A stretch of DNA of 46,382 nt from an uncultured Novosphingobium sp. Its GTDB lineage: Bacteria > Pseudomonadota > Alphaproteobacteria > Sphingomonadales > Sphingomonadaceae. Below are positions 45,970 through 46,382 of this stretch, piece by piece. The notes beneath the pieces are model-generated. The model saw only the letters and a program-made list of their open reading frames with translations, did no database searches and was not told the origin of the DNA. Both the position numbers and the translations under genes were made by a program. Position 1 is the first letter of the stretch. Each line of letters begins with the position of its first letter. The DNA lies in contig CALCQB010000284.1 in NCBI GenBank assembly GCA_937897535.1, positions 1-46,382 of the forward strand, in the 5' to 3' direction.

Positions 45970-46173
45970 TCGTCAGACCACAATGCGGATTCCGAAGATC
46001 ATTGTCAGACCAATGTGAACGCTCCTACGCTCCAATTGTACGATTTATGAACGTTTTTTGGTCTTTTTTATCCGATAATTCGCCCAAACCACCATCCGTC
46101 GCTCCATCGCTACGTGACCGCCGTCGTGAAGGCAACGCTTGACGCGGGATCGATCCTCCATATGATCTGACCA
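45970..46173. promoter_or_regulatory. Three FadR/GntR-like boxes and a sigma70 promoter (TTGACG-N16-TATGAT, 46139-46166)
   Basis: TCGTCAGACCA 45970-45980, TTGTCAGACCA 46002-46012, TGATCTGACCA 46163-46173; the last overlaps the -10 element. Confidence 0.5.
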
Positions 46174-46199
46174 ATAATGGTCACGGTAACATGGCCAAT

Positions 46200-46211
46200 G
46201 GTAGCGCTACC
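46200..46211. promoter_or_regulatory. LacI-type operator GGTAGCGCTACC
   Basis: Perfect 12-bp palindrome with a central AGCGCT; a weaker copy TGTGAACGCTCCTA lies at 46014-46027. Confidence 0.6.
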
Positions 46212-46241
46212 TACGCTGCTAAACTAGGGGAGGTGAATTCT

Positions 46242-46382
46242 ATGGACTCAGTTCGTGGCCTGCGCGTCGAGCGCGGAAATACCACGATCCTCCGCGGCCT
46301 CGATTGGCGCATCGCCCCCGGCGAGCACTGGGTGATTCTCGGAGCCAACGGTTGCGGCAAGACGACCCTGCTCAAGGCGCTG
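46242..46382 (+). CDS. ABC transporter ATP-binding protein, N-terminal fragment running off the window
   Basis: MDSVRGLRVERGNTTILRGLDWRIAPGEHWVILGANGCGKTTLLKAL (Walker A GANGCGKT); RBS GGGGAGG; absent from the ORF track. Confidence 0.75.
   Translation, partial: MDSVRGLRVERGNTTILRGLDWRIAPGEHWVILGANGCGKTTLLKAL

Overview
High-GC alphaproteobacterial DNA; gene content and intergenic palindromes point to a sphingomonad (Novosphingobium-like). About 1-35.3 kb is a dense catabolic island for lignin-derived aromatics. It holds two paralogous TonB-dependent receptors, a lignostilbene dioxygenase with a PinZ-like reductase, MarR/ligV-ferB, an LdpA-like formaldehyde lyase with a divergent SDR, and further ALDH, SDR and SnoaL proteins. 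It also holds two PQQ quinohemoprotein dehydrogenases, a DUF3237 protein, a VAO/PCMH flavocytochrome with a small Tat-leader partner, a BaeAB-like heterodimeric beta-etherase with an acyl-CoA ligase, and a VOC-MFS-cupin-Rieske-SDR-ADH operon. Seven copies of an AT-rich palindrome (core TAACAATTGTTA) sit in promoter regions between 2.3 and 21.8 kb. They tie several uncharacterised genes to the beta-1/beta-beta dimer enzymes as one putative regulon. At 35.4-37.4 kb there is a YeiH/DUF6356/Lrp module. At 37.4-45.9 kb an alpha-glucan operon (GH13, GH13, GH97) is bracketed by two tryptophan-halogenase-like genes. The window ends in a truncated ABC-ATPase ORF that may mark a junction. Gene names come from motif reading and recalled family sequences; no database searches were run.
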